Assembly (NCBI GenBank): GCA_018824405.1 | Contig: JAHJGO010000011.1 | Coordinates: 77,783 to 109,782, forward strand | Direction of reading: 5' to 3' | Origin: Gammaproteobacteria bacterium | GTDB lineage: Bacteria; Pseudomonadota; Gammaproteobacteria; Burkholderiales; Sulfuricellaceae | Length of the DNA stretch: 32,000 bases | Part shown: in pieces, positions 13,180 to 23,348 of the stretch | How positions within the stretch are numbered: the first letter of the stretch is position 1 | Layout of the letters: every line of letters starts with the position of its first letter | Notes under the pieces: generated by a model | Database searches by the model: none | Told to the model about the DNA's origin: nothing | What the model saw: only the letters and a program-made list of their open reading frames with translations | Position numbers and translations under genes: made by a program

Positions 13180-13545
13180 TTATTGTTTCTCTATTCCACT
13201 GATTATTGTTGAAACCACCAGGGTCAATTGCCCCAGGGCGAAGCCGGCCAACAAGGGCAGCGGCATCAGTTTCATCCATCCCAGCCCCACCGCGATAAGC
13301 AGAGAGACCACAAAAAAACGCTCCATACTGGAACGAAAAAACTTGGCCAATTCGCGGCGCGGATCCTGCGCGTCATCACGAGCCGCACTACGCATGCGCC
13401 AAACCAGCAGCATCGTATTCGACATCGCCACCATACCACCAAACCAAGCAGCAATTACCGCAGCCTCACCCATGTAAACGTAAGTCAAAAAAGCGGCCAT
13501 TGCCGCGGCCACAGCCTGATACATCATGATACGGTTTGCGTACAC
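13180..13545 (-). CDS. atpI: ATP synthase protein I (AtpI)
   Basis: 121-aa hydrophobic ORF directly abutting the atpB start. The ORF-track start is GTG at 13545; in-frame ATGs 6-7 codons in are alternatives. Confidence 0.75.
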   Translation of the reverse strand: MYANRIMMYQAVAAAMAAFLTYVYMGEAAVIAAWFGGMVAMSNTMLLVWRMRSAARDDAQDPRRELAKFFRSSMERFFVVSLLIAVGLGWMKLMPLPLLAGFALGQLTLVVSTIISGIEKQ

Positions 13546-13574
13546 GGCCGCTCGGCACTGCGAAAAATCAGTAA

Positions 13575-13603
13575 ATTATAATATGCCCTTTTTTGGCCGT
13601 CAA
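13575..13603 (-). promoter_or_regulatory. Near-consensus sigma70 promoter for the atp operon (TTGACG-17 nt-TATAAT)
   Basis: The minus strand reads TTGACG (13603-13598), spacer GCCAAAAAAGGGCATAT (17 nt), TATAAT (13580-13575). It is ~30 nt upstream of the atpI start and downstream of the parB stop. Confidence 0.6.
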
Positions 13604-13660
13604 ACCTTTATTTATGGTCGAATAAGTTGAGGTTATAGTCGAAAATCTGCGTAATTTTCT

Positions 13661-14494
13661 TCAAAGCCTGGCGATGATGCTATCGAGCTGCTCCAGATTT
13701 TCATAGTCAATGACCAGACGGCCCTTGCCACCCTTTCGTGGCGTCAGGGTCACGCGGGCGCCGAGTTTCTCCGCCAGCTCTTCCTGCAAGCGCATAACAT
13801 CGCGGTCCGGTGATTTTTTGTGTTCATCAAGAGGCTTTACCAAGCGCTGAGCTAGTTTTTCCGCTTCTCGCACAGACAAACCCTTGTTTATGATTTCGTG
13901 CGCAGCATCAATCTGGTTTACCTGAGTAAGCCCGAGCAAGGCGCGAGCGTGCCCCATGTCGAGCAGATTCTGCATCATCATTTCCTGCACACGCGGGGTC
14001 AGGTTCAGCAAGCGCAGCAAGTTCGTCACCGCGCTACGAGAGCGGCTCACGGCATCTGCAGCCGCCTGATGTGTCAGGTTGAACTCGTTGACCAGACGTT
14101 GAATCCCCTGCGCCTCTTCGAGGGGATTGAGGTTTTCTCGCTGGATATTCTCGATCAGGCCCATTGCCAGCGCCGCTTCGTCCGGTATCTCTCGGACCAG
14201 CGCAGGGATTTCGGTCAAACCCGCCATCTTGGAAGCGCGCCAGCGCCGCTCACCGGCAACGATTTCGTAACGAGCCCCTGCGATTGGCCTCACCAGCACT
14301 GGTTGCATCACTCCCTGAGCCTGGATCGAGTCCGCCAGTTGCTGCAACGACTCGGGGTCCATGTGCGTACGGGGCTGATATTTTCCTGGCTGCAATACAC
14401 CAATTGCGAGTTGCCGCAAAATTTCTCCCGTTTCGCCATCATTTCCCGCCAGCAGCGCATCCAGGCCGCGCCCCAATCCCTTGAGTTTTACCAT
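13661..14494 (-). CDS. parB: Chromosome partitioning protein ParB (Spo0J)
   Basis: 277 aa. GLGRGLDALL N-terminus, ParB box (IVAGERRWRAS), and an HTH region. Confidence 0.96.
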   Translation of the reverse strand: MVKLKGLGRGLDALLAGNDGETGEILRQLAIGVLQPGKYQPRTHMDPESLQQLADSIQAQGVMQPVLVRPIAGARYEIVAGERRWRASKMAGLTEIPALVREIPDEAALAMGLIENIQRENLNPLEEAQGIQRLVNEFNLTHQAAADAVSRSRSAVTNLLRLLNLTPRVQEMMMQNLLDMGHARALLGLTQVNQIDAAHEIINKGLSVREAEKLAQRLVKPLDEHKKSPDRDVMRLQEELAEKLGARVTLTPRKGGKGRLVIDYENLEQLDSIIARL

Positions 14495-14509
14495 GCTTAT
14501 ATATCCCTT

Positions 14510-15298
14510 TTATTTCGCATCTACAGTCTCAGCGCTGACGCGTTTGCCCAGCATCTCTCCTGCCAGCGCCAGATATGCTTGGGCTCCTTTTGATGCCTTG
14601 TCGTGATAAAGCACCGGCACGCCAAAGCTGGGCGCCTCGGCCAAACGTACGTTGCGCGGAATCACCGTACGATAGACCTTATCCCCGAAATGTTGCTGCA
14701 ACTGGTCTGAGACCTGTTGCGCAAGCGCGTTGCGTGGATCAAACATGGTGCGCAGCAAACCCTCTATTTCCAATTGCGGGTTGAGATGCGTGCGTACCCG
14801 CTTTATGGTCTTTACCAGATCACTCAGGCCTTCCAACGCGTAATACTCGCACTGCATGGGTATCATCACTGCGCTTGCCGCACACAGGCCATTCACGGTA
14901 AGCAGGTTCAGCGCCGGCGGGCAGTCAAGCAGAATAAAGTCATATTCGGAAGTCACGCTTTCCAACGCTTTCTTAAGCCGCCATTCGCGCGCGAGTTCCT
15001 GCACAAGCTCCACCTCCGCCCCCGCCAGATTGCGATTGGCCGGGATTACATCATACTTCCCGCTGGTCGACGTCACGAGCACCTCGTTTACCGTATTCTG
15101 CTCCAGCAGGACATGATAGACCGTGCGCTCCAGGCTATCTTTCTCCACGCCGCTGCCCATGGTGGCATTCCCCTGCGGGTCGAGATCCACCAGCAATACC
15201 TTGCGCCGGGTTGCTGCAAGACTTGCGGCAAGATTGACGGTAGTTGTCGTCTTGCCAACCCCGCCCTTTTGATTGGTTACCGCAATGATTCTGGCCAT
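14510..15298 (-). CDS. parA: Chromosome partitioning ATPase ParA (Soj)
   Basis: 262 aa. Deviant Walker A NQKGGVGKTTT. Confidence 0.96.
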   Translation of the reverse strand: MARIIAVTNQKGGVGKTTTTVNLAASLAATRRKVLLVDLDPQGNATMGSGVEKDSLERTVYHVLLEQNTVNEVLVTSTSGKYDVIPANRNLAGAEVELVQELAREWRLKKALESVTSEYDFILLDCPPALNLLTVNGLCAASAVMIPMQCEYYALEGLSDLVKTIKRVRTHLNPQLEIEGLLRTMFDPRNALAQQVSDQLQQHFGDKVYRTVIPRNVRLAEAPSFGVPVLYHDKASKGAQAYLALAGEMLGKRVSAETVDAK

Positions 15299-15300
15299 TA

Positions 15301-15921
15301 TTAAACCCTGAGAATTACCAAATTCCGTTGCGCCTCGAGTCCAGGCACGTTGAGAGCGATGATTTCATGCTGATCAAACTCGTGCGGTAGTTGCGCCAGT
15401 TCATCGTAAGGATAGACCCCCTTCATCGCCAGCAACACTCCGCCATCACGGCACAAGCGGGCCGAAAGCCGAACAAACTCGGTCAGATCGGAGAAGGCGC
15501 GTGAAATCACCATGTCAAATAGCGGAGTTGGCTGATAGTTATCTACTCGCAAGCATTCCACTTTTACATTCTTAAGCCCCAGCTGTATGCAGGCCTGGCG
15601 CAGAAACGTAGTTTTTTTCTGGTTGCTGTCGAGCAAGGTAATATCCAGTTCCGGCCTGGCTATGGCCAGAACGATGCCAGGCAAGCCCCCTCCGGTCCCG
15701 ACATCCAGCAGGCGGCCGGCACCTACATATGGCAACACAGCAAGGCTGTCTAGCAGATGCTGATAAAGCATATTTTCCGGCTCGCGCACGGCGGTAAGGT
15801 TGTAAACCTTGTTCCACTTCTGCAACAAGGCAATATAATCCAGTAAGGCTTGCTGCTGAGATTCCGACAGCGAAAGCCCAAGCTCGATGAGGCCCTCTGA
15901 AAGTTTTTCAGCCAGACTCAT
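15301..15921 (-). CDS. rsmG: 16S rRNA (guanine527-N7)-methyltransferase
   Basis: 206 aa. SAM-binding [10 protein letters not shown] motif. ATGA overlap with the mnmG stop (15918-15921). Confidence 0.94.
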   Translation of the reverse strand: MSLAEKLSEGLIELGLSLSESQQQALLDYIALLQKWNKVYNLTAVREPENMLYQHLLDSLAVLPYVGAGRLLDVGTGGGLPGIVLAIARPELDITLLDSNQKKTTFLRQACIQLGLKNVKVECLRVDNYQPTPLFDMVISRAFSDLTEFVRLSARLCRDGGVLLAMKGVYPYDELAQLPHEFDQHEIIALNVPGLEAQRNLVILRV

Positions 15922-17813
15922 GCGCTCTTCTTTTCCGCCCGGCCCTGTTTACGCTTGAGGTAAACGAGCAAGAGGGATATTGCCGCTGGCGTCACACCGG
16001 AAATACGTGCAGCCTGACCCAGCGTTTCCGGCTTGTGTTGTGCCAGCTTCTGTTTCACTTCGATCGAAAGGCCGTGAACCTTGCTGTAATCCATATCAGT
16101 TGACAGACGCAGCGCTTCATAATGATGGTGACGCTCGATTTCTTCCTGCTGACGCTCTATGTAGCCCTGGTATTTGGCCTGGATTTCCACCTGCTCTGCT
16201 ACCTGTGGATCGCTAACACCCAGCCCAGCCCCTGGCAGGGTCAACAGGGACTGATAACTGACCTGGGGGCGTCGCAGCAGGTCCAGCAACGAATACTCAC
16301 GCTCCATGGCTTGGCCTAGTACCCGTTCCGCACTGGCAAGATCCACCATGCGCGGGTTAACCCAGGTATTCTTGAGCCTTTCCTTTTCCTGAGCCACGGC
16401 ATCACGCTTGACTGAAAAATGAGCCCAGCGCACATCATCCACTACGCCCAACTCGCGCCCGATTTCGGTCAGACGCAAATCAGCATTGTCTTCCCTGAGC
16501 AGCAGTCGATATTCAGCACGGCTGGTAAACATGCGGTAGGGTTCCGACACCCCGCGCGTAATCAGATCGTCCACCATCACACCGATATAAGCTTGGTCGC
16601 GACCGGGGCTCCATGCCTCTTTTTCCAAGGAGAGAAGGCCCGCATTGATGCCCGCCAGCAAGCCCTGGGCCGCTGCTTCCTCGTAGCCGGTGGTGCCGTT
16701 GACCTGTCCTGCGAAGAACAATCCTTTGATAGCCTTGGTTTCGAGAGAACTTTTAAGGCCGCGCGGATCAAAATAATCGTATTCAATAGCATACCCGGGT
16801 CGGGTGATGTGCGCATTCTCGAAACCACGCATTGAACGTACTAAAGCATATTGCACATCAAAAGGCAGACTGGTGGAAATTCCGTTTGGGTAGATCTCAT
16901 GCGTGGAAAGCCCCTCAGGTTCGACAAAGATCTGATGCGTATCCTTGTCGGCAAAACGCGTAATTTTGTCTTCGATAGAGGGACAATAGCGCGGCCCAAC
17001 CCCCTCAATCACGCCTGTATAGAGTGGCGATCGGTCAAGTCCATTACGAATGATGTCGTGCGTGCGTTCATTTGTATAACTGATCCAGCAAGAAACTTGC
17101 TGTGGATGTTGACTAGCAGATCCAAGATATGAAAAAACAGGCGCCGGGTCATCTCCAGGCTGTTCCGTCATCGCCGAATAATCCAGGGAGCGACCATCAA
17201 TACGGGGCGGAGTCCCCGTTTTGAGTCGGCCTACCGGCAATTTCATTTCACGAAGGCGGTGAGCAAGGCTAATGGCAGGGGGGTCGCCTGCACGACCAGC
17301 CTGATAATTTGACTGGCCAACATGTATTAACCCTGCGAGAAAGGTGCCCGCAGTCAAAACCACAGAACGCGCCTCGAAGCGCAAACCCAGCTGCGTAACC
17401 ACCCCTGTGATCTGATCACCTGTCAGCGTAAAATCATCCACCGCCTGCTGGAACAACCACAGATTGGGCTGGTTTTCCAGGCGACGCCTGATCGCCTGCT
17501 TGTACAACAAACGATCGGCCTGCGCGCGAGTTGCCCGCACCGCCGGCCCCTTGCTGGAGTTCAGGACGCGAAACTGAATTCCGCCTTCATCCGTGGCCGC
17601 CGCCATGACGCCACCCAAAGCATCTATCTCTTTCACCAAATGGCCCTTGCCAATCCCGCCGATAGCGGGATTGCACGACATTTGACCCAAGGTTTCAATA
17701 TTATGGGAGAGCAGCAGGGTTTTGCGCCCCATGCGCGCAGCGGCAAGCGCCGCTTCGGTGCCCGCATGACCGCCGCCAACAACGATCACATCAAATTGAG
17801 TGGGGAAAAGCAT
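15918..17813 (-). CDS. mnmG: tRNA uridine-5-carboxymethylaminomethyl modification enzyme MnmG (GidA)
   Basis: 631 aa. N-terminal FAD-binding motif [15 protein letters not shown] and conserved GidA sequence throughout. Confidence 0.97.
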   Translation of the reverse strand: MLFPTQFDVIVVGGGHAGTEAALAAARMGRKTLLLSHNIETLGQMSCNPAIGGIGKGHLVKEIDALGGVMAAATDEGGIQFRVLNSSKGPAVRATRAQADRLLYKQAIRRRLENQPNLWLFQQAVDDFTLTGDQITGVVTQLGLRFEARSVVLTAGTFLAGLIHVGQSNYQAGRAGDPPAISLAHRLREMKLPVGRLKTGTPPRIDGRSLDYSAMTEQPGDDPAPVFSYLGSASQHPQQVSCWISYTNERTHDIIRNGLDRSPLYTGVIEGVGPRYCPSIEDKITRFADKDTHQIFVEPEGLSTHEIYPNGISTSLPFDVQYALVRSMRGFENAHITRPGYAIEYDYFDPRGLKSSLETKAIKGLFFAGQVNGTTGYEEAAAQGLLAGINAGLLSLEKEAWSPGRDQAYIGVMVDDLITRGVSEPYRMFTSRAEYRLLLREDNADLRLTEIGRELGVVDDVRWAHFSVKRDAVAQEKERLKNTWVNPRMVDLASAERVLGQAMEREYSLLDLLRRPQVSYQSLLTLPGAGLGVSDPQVAEQVEIQAKYQGYIERQQEEIERHHHYEALRLSTDMDYSKVHGLSIEVKQKLAQHKPETLGQAARISGVTPAAISLLLVYLKRKQGRAEKKSA

Positions 17814-17885
17814 GGGGTTCCGGACTACAGTTTCGAGACCGTGAATGATACGACAAATAGACTCACGCGTCAGCTTGAAGAGGCA

Positions 17886-17901
17886 AGTTTCACGTGAAAC
17901 A
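17886..17901. other. parS: parS centromere-like site (AGTTTCACGTGAAACA, 15/16 to consensus TGTTNCACGTGAAACA)
   Basis: The palindromic core GTTTCACGTGAAAC is read directly in the mnmE-mnmG intergenic spacer. The cognate parAB genes lie 2.6 kb away. Confidence 0.85.
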
Positions 17902-17924
17902 ACTAAATTATTATTTTATAACAA

Positions 17925-19265
17925 TCACTTGCCTATACAGAATCGGCTGAAAATCTCACCCAGCAGGTCATCGGCACCGAATTCACCGGTGATACTACTT
18001 AAAGCATTCTGGGCCAGTTTAAGTTCCTCGGCAAAAAACTCCAGTTGATGCCAGTTATCAGCTGCACTTTCGAGATTAAGGTGCGCCTGTTTCAGCGCGC
18101 GCAAATGCCGCTCACGTGCCATGAAGGCGCCTTCGCCGGTTTGCTCCCAACCCGCCAGCCGCAAGAGGCTTTGTTGCAGCAAATCCATCCCGGCTCCATT
18201 CTTGGCGGAAACATAAATGCGGGTTACGCCCCCTTCTTGCTCCATCCCGGATTCGCGCGGCACCAGATCAATCTTGTTGTATATTCTCAGCACCGGCAAC
18301 TTAGGCGGCAAACGCCCAAGAATCGCCTCATCCTGTGGGGAAACACCCTCCCGGCTGTCGAGGAGAAGCAGTGCCAGGGATGCTTTGCTCACCGCAGCCC
18401 AGGTGCGGGCTATGCCGATCTGCTCCACTTCGCATGAGGTATCGCGCAGGCCGGCCGTATCGATAATATGGAACGGAACGCCCTGAATTTCGATCTCTTC
18501 GCGTACAGTGTCTCGAGTCGTACCTGCAATTGCGGTAACGATGGCGACCTCATCCCCAGCCAGCTGATTGAGCAGGCTGGATTTCCCAACGTTGGGCTGC
18601 CCTACCAGCACCACATGCACCCCTTCGCGGAGCAAGCTGCCTTGCCTGGCTTTGGCAAGCAGGCTCTGAAGTTGCGATTGGATATGTGACAGCTTTCCCG
18701 CGGCATCTGCGGCCTGCAGGAAATCAATATCTTCGTCTGGAAAATCTATGCTAGCTTCCACCAGCAGACGCAGATCGATCAGGCGCCCTACGATTTCCCG
18801 CACCGCATGCGAAAACTCACCCTGCAGCGATCTAACTGCACTTTTGGCCGCCTCTTCACTAGCAGCATCAATCAAGTCGGCGACGCTTTCCGCTTGTGCA
18901 AGATCGAGCTTGTCGTTGATAAATGCCCGCTTGGTGAATTCACCCGGCTCTGCCAGACGTGCACCCAGTGCAAGGCAACGCTTCAATAGACGCTGCATCA
19001 CAGCGTTTCCGCCATGACCTTGCAACTCCAGTACGTCTTCACCAGTGAAGGAATGTGGAGCGGGGAAATATAGAGCGATGCCCTGATCGATGACCGAGCC
19101 ATCTTGATCATAGAAATTGCTCAGGGAAGCGAAACGCGGGCGAAGCGGTTTCCCTACGATGGCATTGGCAACATCTTCAAGGCCATAGCCCGATATCCTG
19201 ACTACTCCGATGCCGCCACGCCCAGGGGCGGTGGCGACAGCGGCAATCGTATCAGCTCTTGCCAT
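17925..19265 (-). CDS. mnmE: tRNA modification GTPase MnmE (TrmE)
   Basis: 446 aa. G domain [18 protein letters not shown], and the C-terminal CIGK motif. Confidence 0.97.
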   Translation of the reverse strand: MARADTIAAVATAPGRGGIGVVRISGYGLEDVANAIVGKPLRPRFASLSNFYDQDGSVIDQGIALYFPAPHSFTGEDVLELQGHGGNAVMQRLLKRCLALGARLAEPGEFTKRAFINDKLDLAQAESVADLIDAASEEAAKSAVRSLQGEFSHAVREIVGRLIDLRLLVEASIDFPDEDIDFLQAADAAGKLSHIQSQLQSLLAKARQGSLLREGVHVVLVGQPNVGKSSLLNQLAGDEVAIVTAIAGTTRDTVREEIEIQGVPFHIIDTAGLRDTSCEVEQIGIARTWAAVSKASLALLLLDSREGVSPQDEAILGRLPPKLPVLRIYNKIDLVPRESGMEQEGGVTRIYVSAKNGAGMDLLQQSLLRLAGWEQTGEGAFMARERHLRALKQAHLNLESAADNWHQLEFFAEELKLAQNALSSITGEFGADDLLGEIFSRFCIGK

Positions 19266-20904
19266 GCCCTTTCGCGGCGTGCATCTGCTCCATTTTTCGA
19301 GTTATCTGCCACTGCTGAGCGATTGACAAAACGTTGTTCACAACCCAGTAAAGAACCAAGCCAGCGGGAAAGAAGAAAAAGAAGATGCTGAATGCAAACG
19401 GCATTACCATCATCACCTTGGCCTGTATCGGATCGGGTGGAGTGGGATTAAGTTTGGTTTGTATGATCATGGTGATGCCCATGATTATGGGCAATACATA
19501 ATAGGGATCAGCCGCAGACAAATCTTGGATCCAAAGGGCAAAAGGTGCATGCCGAATCTCTACGCTGGCCAGCAACACCCAGTAAAGTGCGATGAATACC
19601 GGGATTTGCACAATCACTGGAAGGCATCCACCCAAGGGATTCACCTTCTCTGTTTTATACAGTTCCATCATGGCTTGGTGCAAGCGTTGGCGGTCATCTC
19701 CATAATGTTCCTTGAGCTTCTGGAGCTTCGGCCCCAATACACGCATGTGCGCCATGGAGCGGTAGCTCTTAGCTGCCAACGGGTAGAATGCCAACTTGAT
19801 CAGCACCGTTAGCAAGATAATGGCAACGCCCCAATTATTCACCAAGCTTTGAATTTTGGACAGCACCCAGTATAAGGGCGCGGCAATAATCGTCAACCAA
19901 CCATAATCCACGGTCAAATCCAGTCCAGGAGCTAGTTTGCTCAAATTTTCCTGTTCCTGGGGACCCGCATAGAGAGGGACTGAAATCACCCCACTTGCAC
20001 CTGGAGCGATTGTTCCAACCGGTAGAATAACGCCCGCAGCATAAAGTTTGTCGCCCATTGGTTTGGTATAAAACTCACGCGCCAAACCATTATGTGGCAA
20101 CCAGGCTGAAACAAAATAATGTTGCAGCATCGCTACCCACCCATCATTACTCTGTTTCTGAAATGTAGCCTTGCCTTTTTCAATGTCTGAAAAAGCTACT
20201 TTCTGGAATTTTTGCTGGTCGGTATATATAGCGGGGCCTGCATACGTACTGATGAACATCGAATCACCTTTGGATGCCGAATCATCTCGAACCAGCTGGT
20301 AATACGCGTGCGGGCTGATCGAATTGCCACTACTGTTCCGGATCTGGTATTCCACATCAACCAAATAACTATCGCGATAAAAGGTAAAAATCTTATCTAC
20401 CTGCACACCACCAGTAGCTGGCGTGCTGAGTTTTAGTTTTAGTTCCTTGGCCCCTGCTGCCATTGAAAAATCGGAGCCCTGCGAAGAATATATGGTTTTG
20501 TGGTTAGGCAAAATATCGCCAATCAACCCGGATTGCGCAATATATGTGTTCGGTTTCTGATCACTAAATAAGACGAAATTCTTGCTTTTATCTTCGTCAC
20601 TATGATGTTTAAGCAGTTCAAGGCGCCGAATATCACCGCCAATGGTATCAATTTCCACGTACAGCGCATCAGTATGTACCTTGATCCGTTGGCCACTTGC
20701 AATATGTTGCGTTGGATCTGGTGCAGCAACAGCATGTGGAGCCGATACACTTGCATTCGGCACCGGAACTCCATTTTGTGACGACGCAACGGTGGTAGGC
20801 GTGGTTTGTGCAGGCTGAGGATGTTGTTCCTTCTGCCAGGCATCCCATAACATCAGGATGGAGAAGGAAAACACGACGAACATTATGAGTCTTTGAGTAT
20901 CCAT
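19252..20904 (-). CDS. yidC: Membrane protein insertase YidC
   Basis: 550 aa. An N-terminal TM helix, a large periplasmic domain, and a conserved C-terminal 5-TM core ([19 protein letters not shown]). 14-nt overlap with the mnmE start. Confidence 0.96.
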   Translation of the reverse strand: MDTQRLIMFVVFSFSILMLWDAWQKEQHPQPAQTTPTTVASSQNGVPVPNASVSAPHAVAAPDPTQHIASGQRIKVHTDALYVEIDTIGGDIRRLELLKHHSDEDKSKNFVLFSDQKPNTYIAQSGLIGDILPNHKTIYSSQGSDFSMAAGAKELKLKLSTPATGGVQVDKIFTFYRDSYLVDVEYQIRNSSGNSISPHAYYQLVRDDSASKGDSMFISTYAGPAIYTDQQKFQKVAFSDIEKGKATFQKQSNDGWVAMLQHYFVSAWLPHNGLAREFYTKPMGDKLYAAGVILPVGTIAPGASGVISVPLYAGPQEQENLSKLAPGLDLTVDYGWLTIIAAPLYWVLSKIQSLVNNWGVAIILLTVLIKLAFYPLAAKSYRSMAHMRVLGPKLQKLKEHYGDDRQRLHQAMMELYKTEKVNPLGGCLPVIVQIPVFIALYWVLLASVEIRHAPFALWIQDLSAADPYYVLPIIMGITMIIQTKLNPTPPDPIQAKVMMVMPFAFSIFFFFFPAGLVLYWVVNNVLSIAQQWQITRKMEQMHAAKGHGKS

Positions 20905-20911
20905 GGATTAC

Positions 20912-21121
20912 CTAAGGTAAAGGATCATAGCCGCCATCATGCCAAGGATGGCAGCGGGCAACACGCTTAACACTCAACCAGAAACCCTTAGAAGCACCAT
21001 ATTTTTTCAGCGCTTGCACTGCATATTCAGAGCAAGTGGGCGTATATCGGCAAGAGGGGGCAAGCATCGGGCTAATTGTGTATTGGTAGGCTTTTACGAG
21101 AAAAAGCAGGATTCGGGTCAT
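20912..21121 (-). CDS. yidD: Membrane protein insertion efficiency factor YidD
   Basis: 69 aa. Conserved [11 protein letters not shown] and [11 protein letters not shown] motifs. ATGA overlap with the rnpA stop. Confidence 0.93.
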   Translation of the reverse strand: MTRILLFLVKAYQYTISPMLAPSCRYTPTCSEYAVQALKKYGASKGFWLSVKRVARCHPWHDGGYDPLP

Positions 21122-21495
21122 GAGGCTTGCCGCTTTTCGTCCTGTGAAAATTTCTGGAGAATCCGATTCAATTGCGTCCGTAATTCCTGCTCAATCTCTG
21201 CATATTCTGCAGAGGAAAAACTTCTGCGTATGCGAATAACTATATCAAGACCAGCAAGCTGGTGTTGCTGCAAGCGAAATATTTCTCTAGATACCCGTTT
21301 TACATAGTTACGCGCAGTCGCCAATCGAGCCGTTTTTTTGCTGACAATTACAGCTATGCGAGCAAATTTATATATGCCAGGTTTTGCAAGAACCTGGAAA
21401 TGATCACTGGAAATACGACTGTTAAAACTAAAAACGGATGAAATTTCATCCGTTTTTACTAAATGCTTGACTTTACAAAAGCCATAGCCGCTCAC
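21118..21495 (-). CDS. rnpA: RNase P protein component
   Basis: RnpA RNR-type motif ([22 protein letters not shown]). I prefer the GTG start at 21495 because it places the conserved N-terminal F...VF motif at the same offset as in E. coli RnpA. The ORF-track start is TTG at 21516, which overlaps the rpmH TGA as TTGA and is a possible alternative. Confidence 0.88.
   Translation of the reverse strand: MSGYGFCKVKHLVKTDEISSVFSFNSRISSDHFQVLAKPGIYKFARIAVIVSKKTARLATARNYVKRVSREIFRLQQHQLAGLDIVIRIRRSFSSAEYAEIEQELRTQLNRILQKFSQDEKRQAS
21430..21457 (-). terminator. Terminator-like perfect 28-nt palindrome embedded in the 5' coding region of rnpA (possible rpmH-rnpA attenuator)
   Basis: AAAAACGGATGAAA|TTTCATCCGTTTTT. 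On the mRNA strand this gives an 8-bp stem ACGGAUGA/UCAUCCGU with loop AAUU, followed by UUUUAGUUUU. It encodes KTDEISSVF of RnpA. Confidence 0.35.
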
Positions 21496-21512
21496 TGCGC
21501 CGCCTTCCTGCC

Positions 21513-21647
21513 TCAAACAGCCAGACGCGTCCTTCCGCTGGCGCGACGTGCGTTGATGATGGCGCGGCCAGCTGGTGTTTTCATCCGAGCGCGAAAACCG
21601 TGAGTACGCTTGCGCTTTACCACGGAAGGTTGATATGTGCGTTTCAT
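21513..21647 (-). CDS. rpmH: 50S ribosomal protein L34
   Basis: Not in the ORF track (44 aa). My translation reads [44 protein letters not shown], a canonical L34 sequence. A purine-rich AGAGGAAG lies upstream of the ATG. Confidence 0.95.
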   Translation of the reverse strand: MKRTYQPSVVKRKRTHGFRARMKTPAGRAIINARRASGRTRLAV

Positions 21648-21687
21648 GTTTCTTCCTCTTGCTTTTTACACAGACTGTGAACCCGTA

Positions 21688-21717
21688 ATTAGATCACTTT
21701 GAAACATAATATGTCAA
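21688..21717 (-). promoter_or_regulatory. Candidate sigma70 promoter for rpmH-rnpA (TTGACA-18 nt-TCTAAT)
   Basis: The minus strand has TTGACA (21717-21712), an 18-nt spacer, and TCTAAT (21693-21688). It is ~40 nt upstream of the rpmH ATG. Confidence 0.5.
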
Positions 21718-21737
21718 CCACAATTAATCTTTTTGCC

Positions 21738-21746
21738 TGTGGATAA
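21738..21746 (-). promoter_or_regulatory. Perfect DnaA box (TTATCCACA on the minus strand) upstream of dnaA
   Basis: The plus strand reads TGTGGATAA, 69 nt upstream of the dnaA ATG. Relaxed boxes are TTTTACACA (21664-21672, which fits TTWTNCACA) and TCAACCACA (21714-21722, 7/9). Confidence 0.7.
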
Positions 21747-21814
21747 GTGTCTGGAATCAGACTACAATAATTAGCTCTACACGTTATATTTCTGGACTGG
21801 ATCTTGGGTAATTA

Positions 21815-23158
21815 ATGGAAACTTTCTGGCAGGCCTGTTTGAGCCATTTCGAGCAAGAACTTACTCCGCAACAATTCAAAAACTGGATCAAACCCCTGCG
21901 CTTTGAAAATAAAGCTGATGTGTTACATATTGTAGCGCCCAATCGTTTTATTCTGCAGTGGGTTCGTGACAAATTTCTAAGTCGATTCGAACAGATCGGG
22001 CAAGATCATTTTTCTCGCCCAGTTCAATTTTCATTGACTGTTGCGGAAAGTACCGACAATAAAGAAAAAAAATTACCCCCTGTAGCGACTGCAAACATAA
22101 TTTCTTCTATTCCTGTTGTTAGGCAAGGAAGAAACGAGAAAACCGGCCTTAATTCTTCCTTCACTTTTGCCAATTTCGTCACCGGTAAGGCTAATCAGCT
22201 TGCGCGTGCCGCAGCTCTGCAGGTGGCTGAAAATCCTGGTACTGCTTATAATCCACTGTTCGTTTATGGTGGTGTTGGTTTGGGTAAAACTCATCTTATT
22301 CAAGCTATTGGTAATTACATTCAGGAACAAAATAGCAGTGCTAAAATAAGCTACCTACACGCTGAACGTTATGTATCCGACGTAGTAAGGGCTTACCAGC
22401 ACAAGGCATTTGATGATTTCAAGCGCTATTACCATTCACTTGATCTTCTTTTGATTGATGATATTCAATTCTTTAGCGGCAAGGCGCGGACACAGGAAGA
22501 ATTTTTCTATGCATTCAACGCTCTTATTGAAAGCAAGAAACAGGTCATCATTACGTGTGACACGTATCCCAAGCAGATATCGGGCATGGAAGATCGTTTA
22601 ATTTCTCGCTTTGGCTGGGGTTTAACAGTTGCCATCGAACCCCCTGAACTGGAGATGCGCGTCGCCATTCTGATCAAAAAAGCTGAAGCAGAAAATCTTG
22701 ATCTTGAAAGCGATGTCGCTTTCTTCATTGCCAAGCATATTCGTTCTAACGTACGTGAACTAGAAGGTGCGTTAAAGAAGGTCATTGCCTATTCACGGTT
22801 TACCGGCAATGCAATCAGTCTGGATCTTACCAAAGAAGCATTAAAAGATTTGCTGGCCGTTCAAAACCGACAAATTTCTATAGAAAATATCCAGAAAACT
22901 GTTGCTGATTACTACAAAATCAAAGTAGCAGAAATGTATTCCAAGAAACGAACCCGTAACGTAGCGCGGCCACGACAGGTTGCCATGTCTCTGGCAAAGG
23001 AATTAACACATCTTAGTTTTCCTGAAATTGGTGATGCTTTTGGCGGGCGTGACCACACGACTGTTATGTATGCATGTCGCAAAATTGAAGAATTGAGGGT
23101 TAGCGAACCATCAATGACACGCGATATCAGTGTTTTATTACAGGTATTACGAAGTTGA
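21815..23158 (+). CDS. dnaA: Chromosomal replication initiator protein DnaA
   Basis: 447 aa. AAA+ Walker [11 protein letters not shown], Walker B LLIDDIQF, and the C-terminal DNA-binding signature ([15 protein letters not shown]). Confidence 0.98.
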   Translation: METFWQACLSHFEQELTPQQFKNWIKPLRFENKADVLHIVAPNRFILQWVRDKFLSRFEQIGQDHFSRPVQFSLTVAESTDNKEKKLPPVATANIISSIPVVRQGRNEKTGLNSSFTFANFVTGKANQLARAAALQVAENPGTAYNPLFVYGGVGLGKTHLIQAIGNYIQEQNSSAKISYLHAERYVSDVVRAYQHKAFDDFKRYYHSLDLLLIDDIQFFSGKARTQEEFFYAFNALIESKKQVIITCDTYPKQISGMEDRLISRFGWGLTVAIEPPELEMRVAILIKKAEAENLDLESDVAFFIAKHIRSNVRELEGALKKVIAYSRFTGNAISLDLTKEALKDLLAVQNRQISIENIQKTVADYYKIKVAEMYSKKRTRNVARPRQVAMSLAKELTHLSFPEIGDAFGGRDHTTVMYACRKIEELRVSEPSMTRDISVLLQVLRS

Positions 23159-23348
23159 ACAATATATGTATAAATTGGGGATAAAGCGCATAGTTGGCAG
23201 TCTTCGAAATTTTGCCCACAAACCGTCCACAACCAATTCCATACTTTATACAGAATCTGTTACTTACATTATCATTTTGAATTAAATAGTTTATTTTTGG
23301 TTATACAAAAAATATGCGCACATTATCTATTAGTATCAAGGTATATAT
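23159..23348. other. AT-rich dnaA-dnaN spacer with degenerate DnaA boxes (candidate oriC / DNA-unwinding region, and dnaN promoter region)
   Basis: TGGGGATAA (8/9 on the reverse strand), TTGCCCACA, TTATACAGA and TTATACAAA (each 7/9). A ~110-nt very AT-rich stretch follows (ttacattatcattttgaattaaatagtttatttttggttatacaaaaaatatg...). Confidence 0.3.

Noticed and set aside
17882-17933. Inverted repeat GGCAAGT (17882-17888) / ACTTGCC (17927-17933) flanking the parS, considered as an mnmE terminator.
   Set aside because: The loop is 38 nt, there is no U-tract, and one arm overlaps the mnmE stop codon. Probably fortuitous.
22061-22075. A-rich homopolymeric run (aaagaaaaaaaa) in the dnaA domain II linker, considered as a slipped-strand phase-variation tract.
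   Set aside because: It encodes the Lys-rich flexible linker (NKEKKLPP) typical of DnaA domain II. Phase-varying an essential initiator is implausible, and the tract is short.
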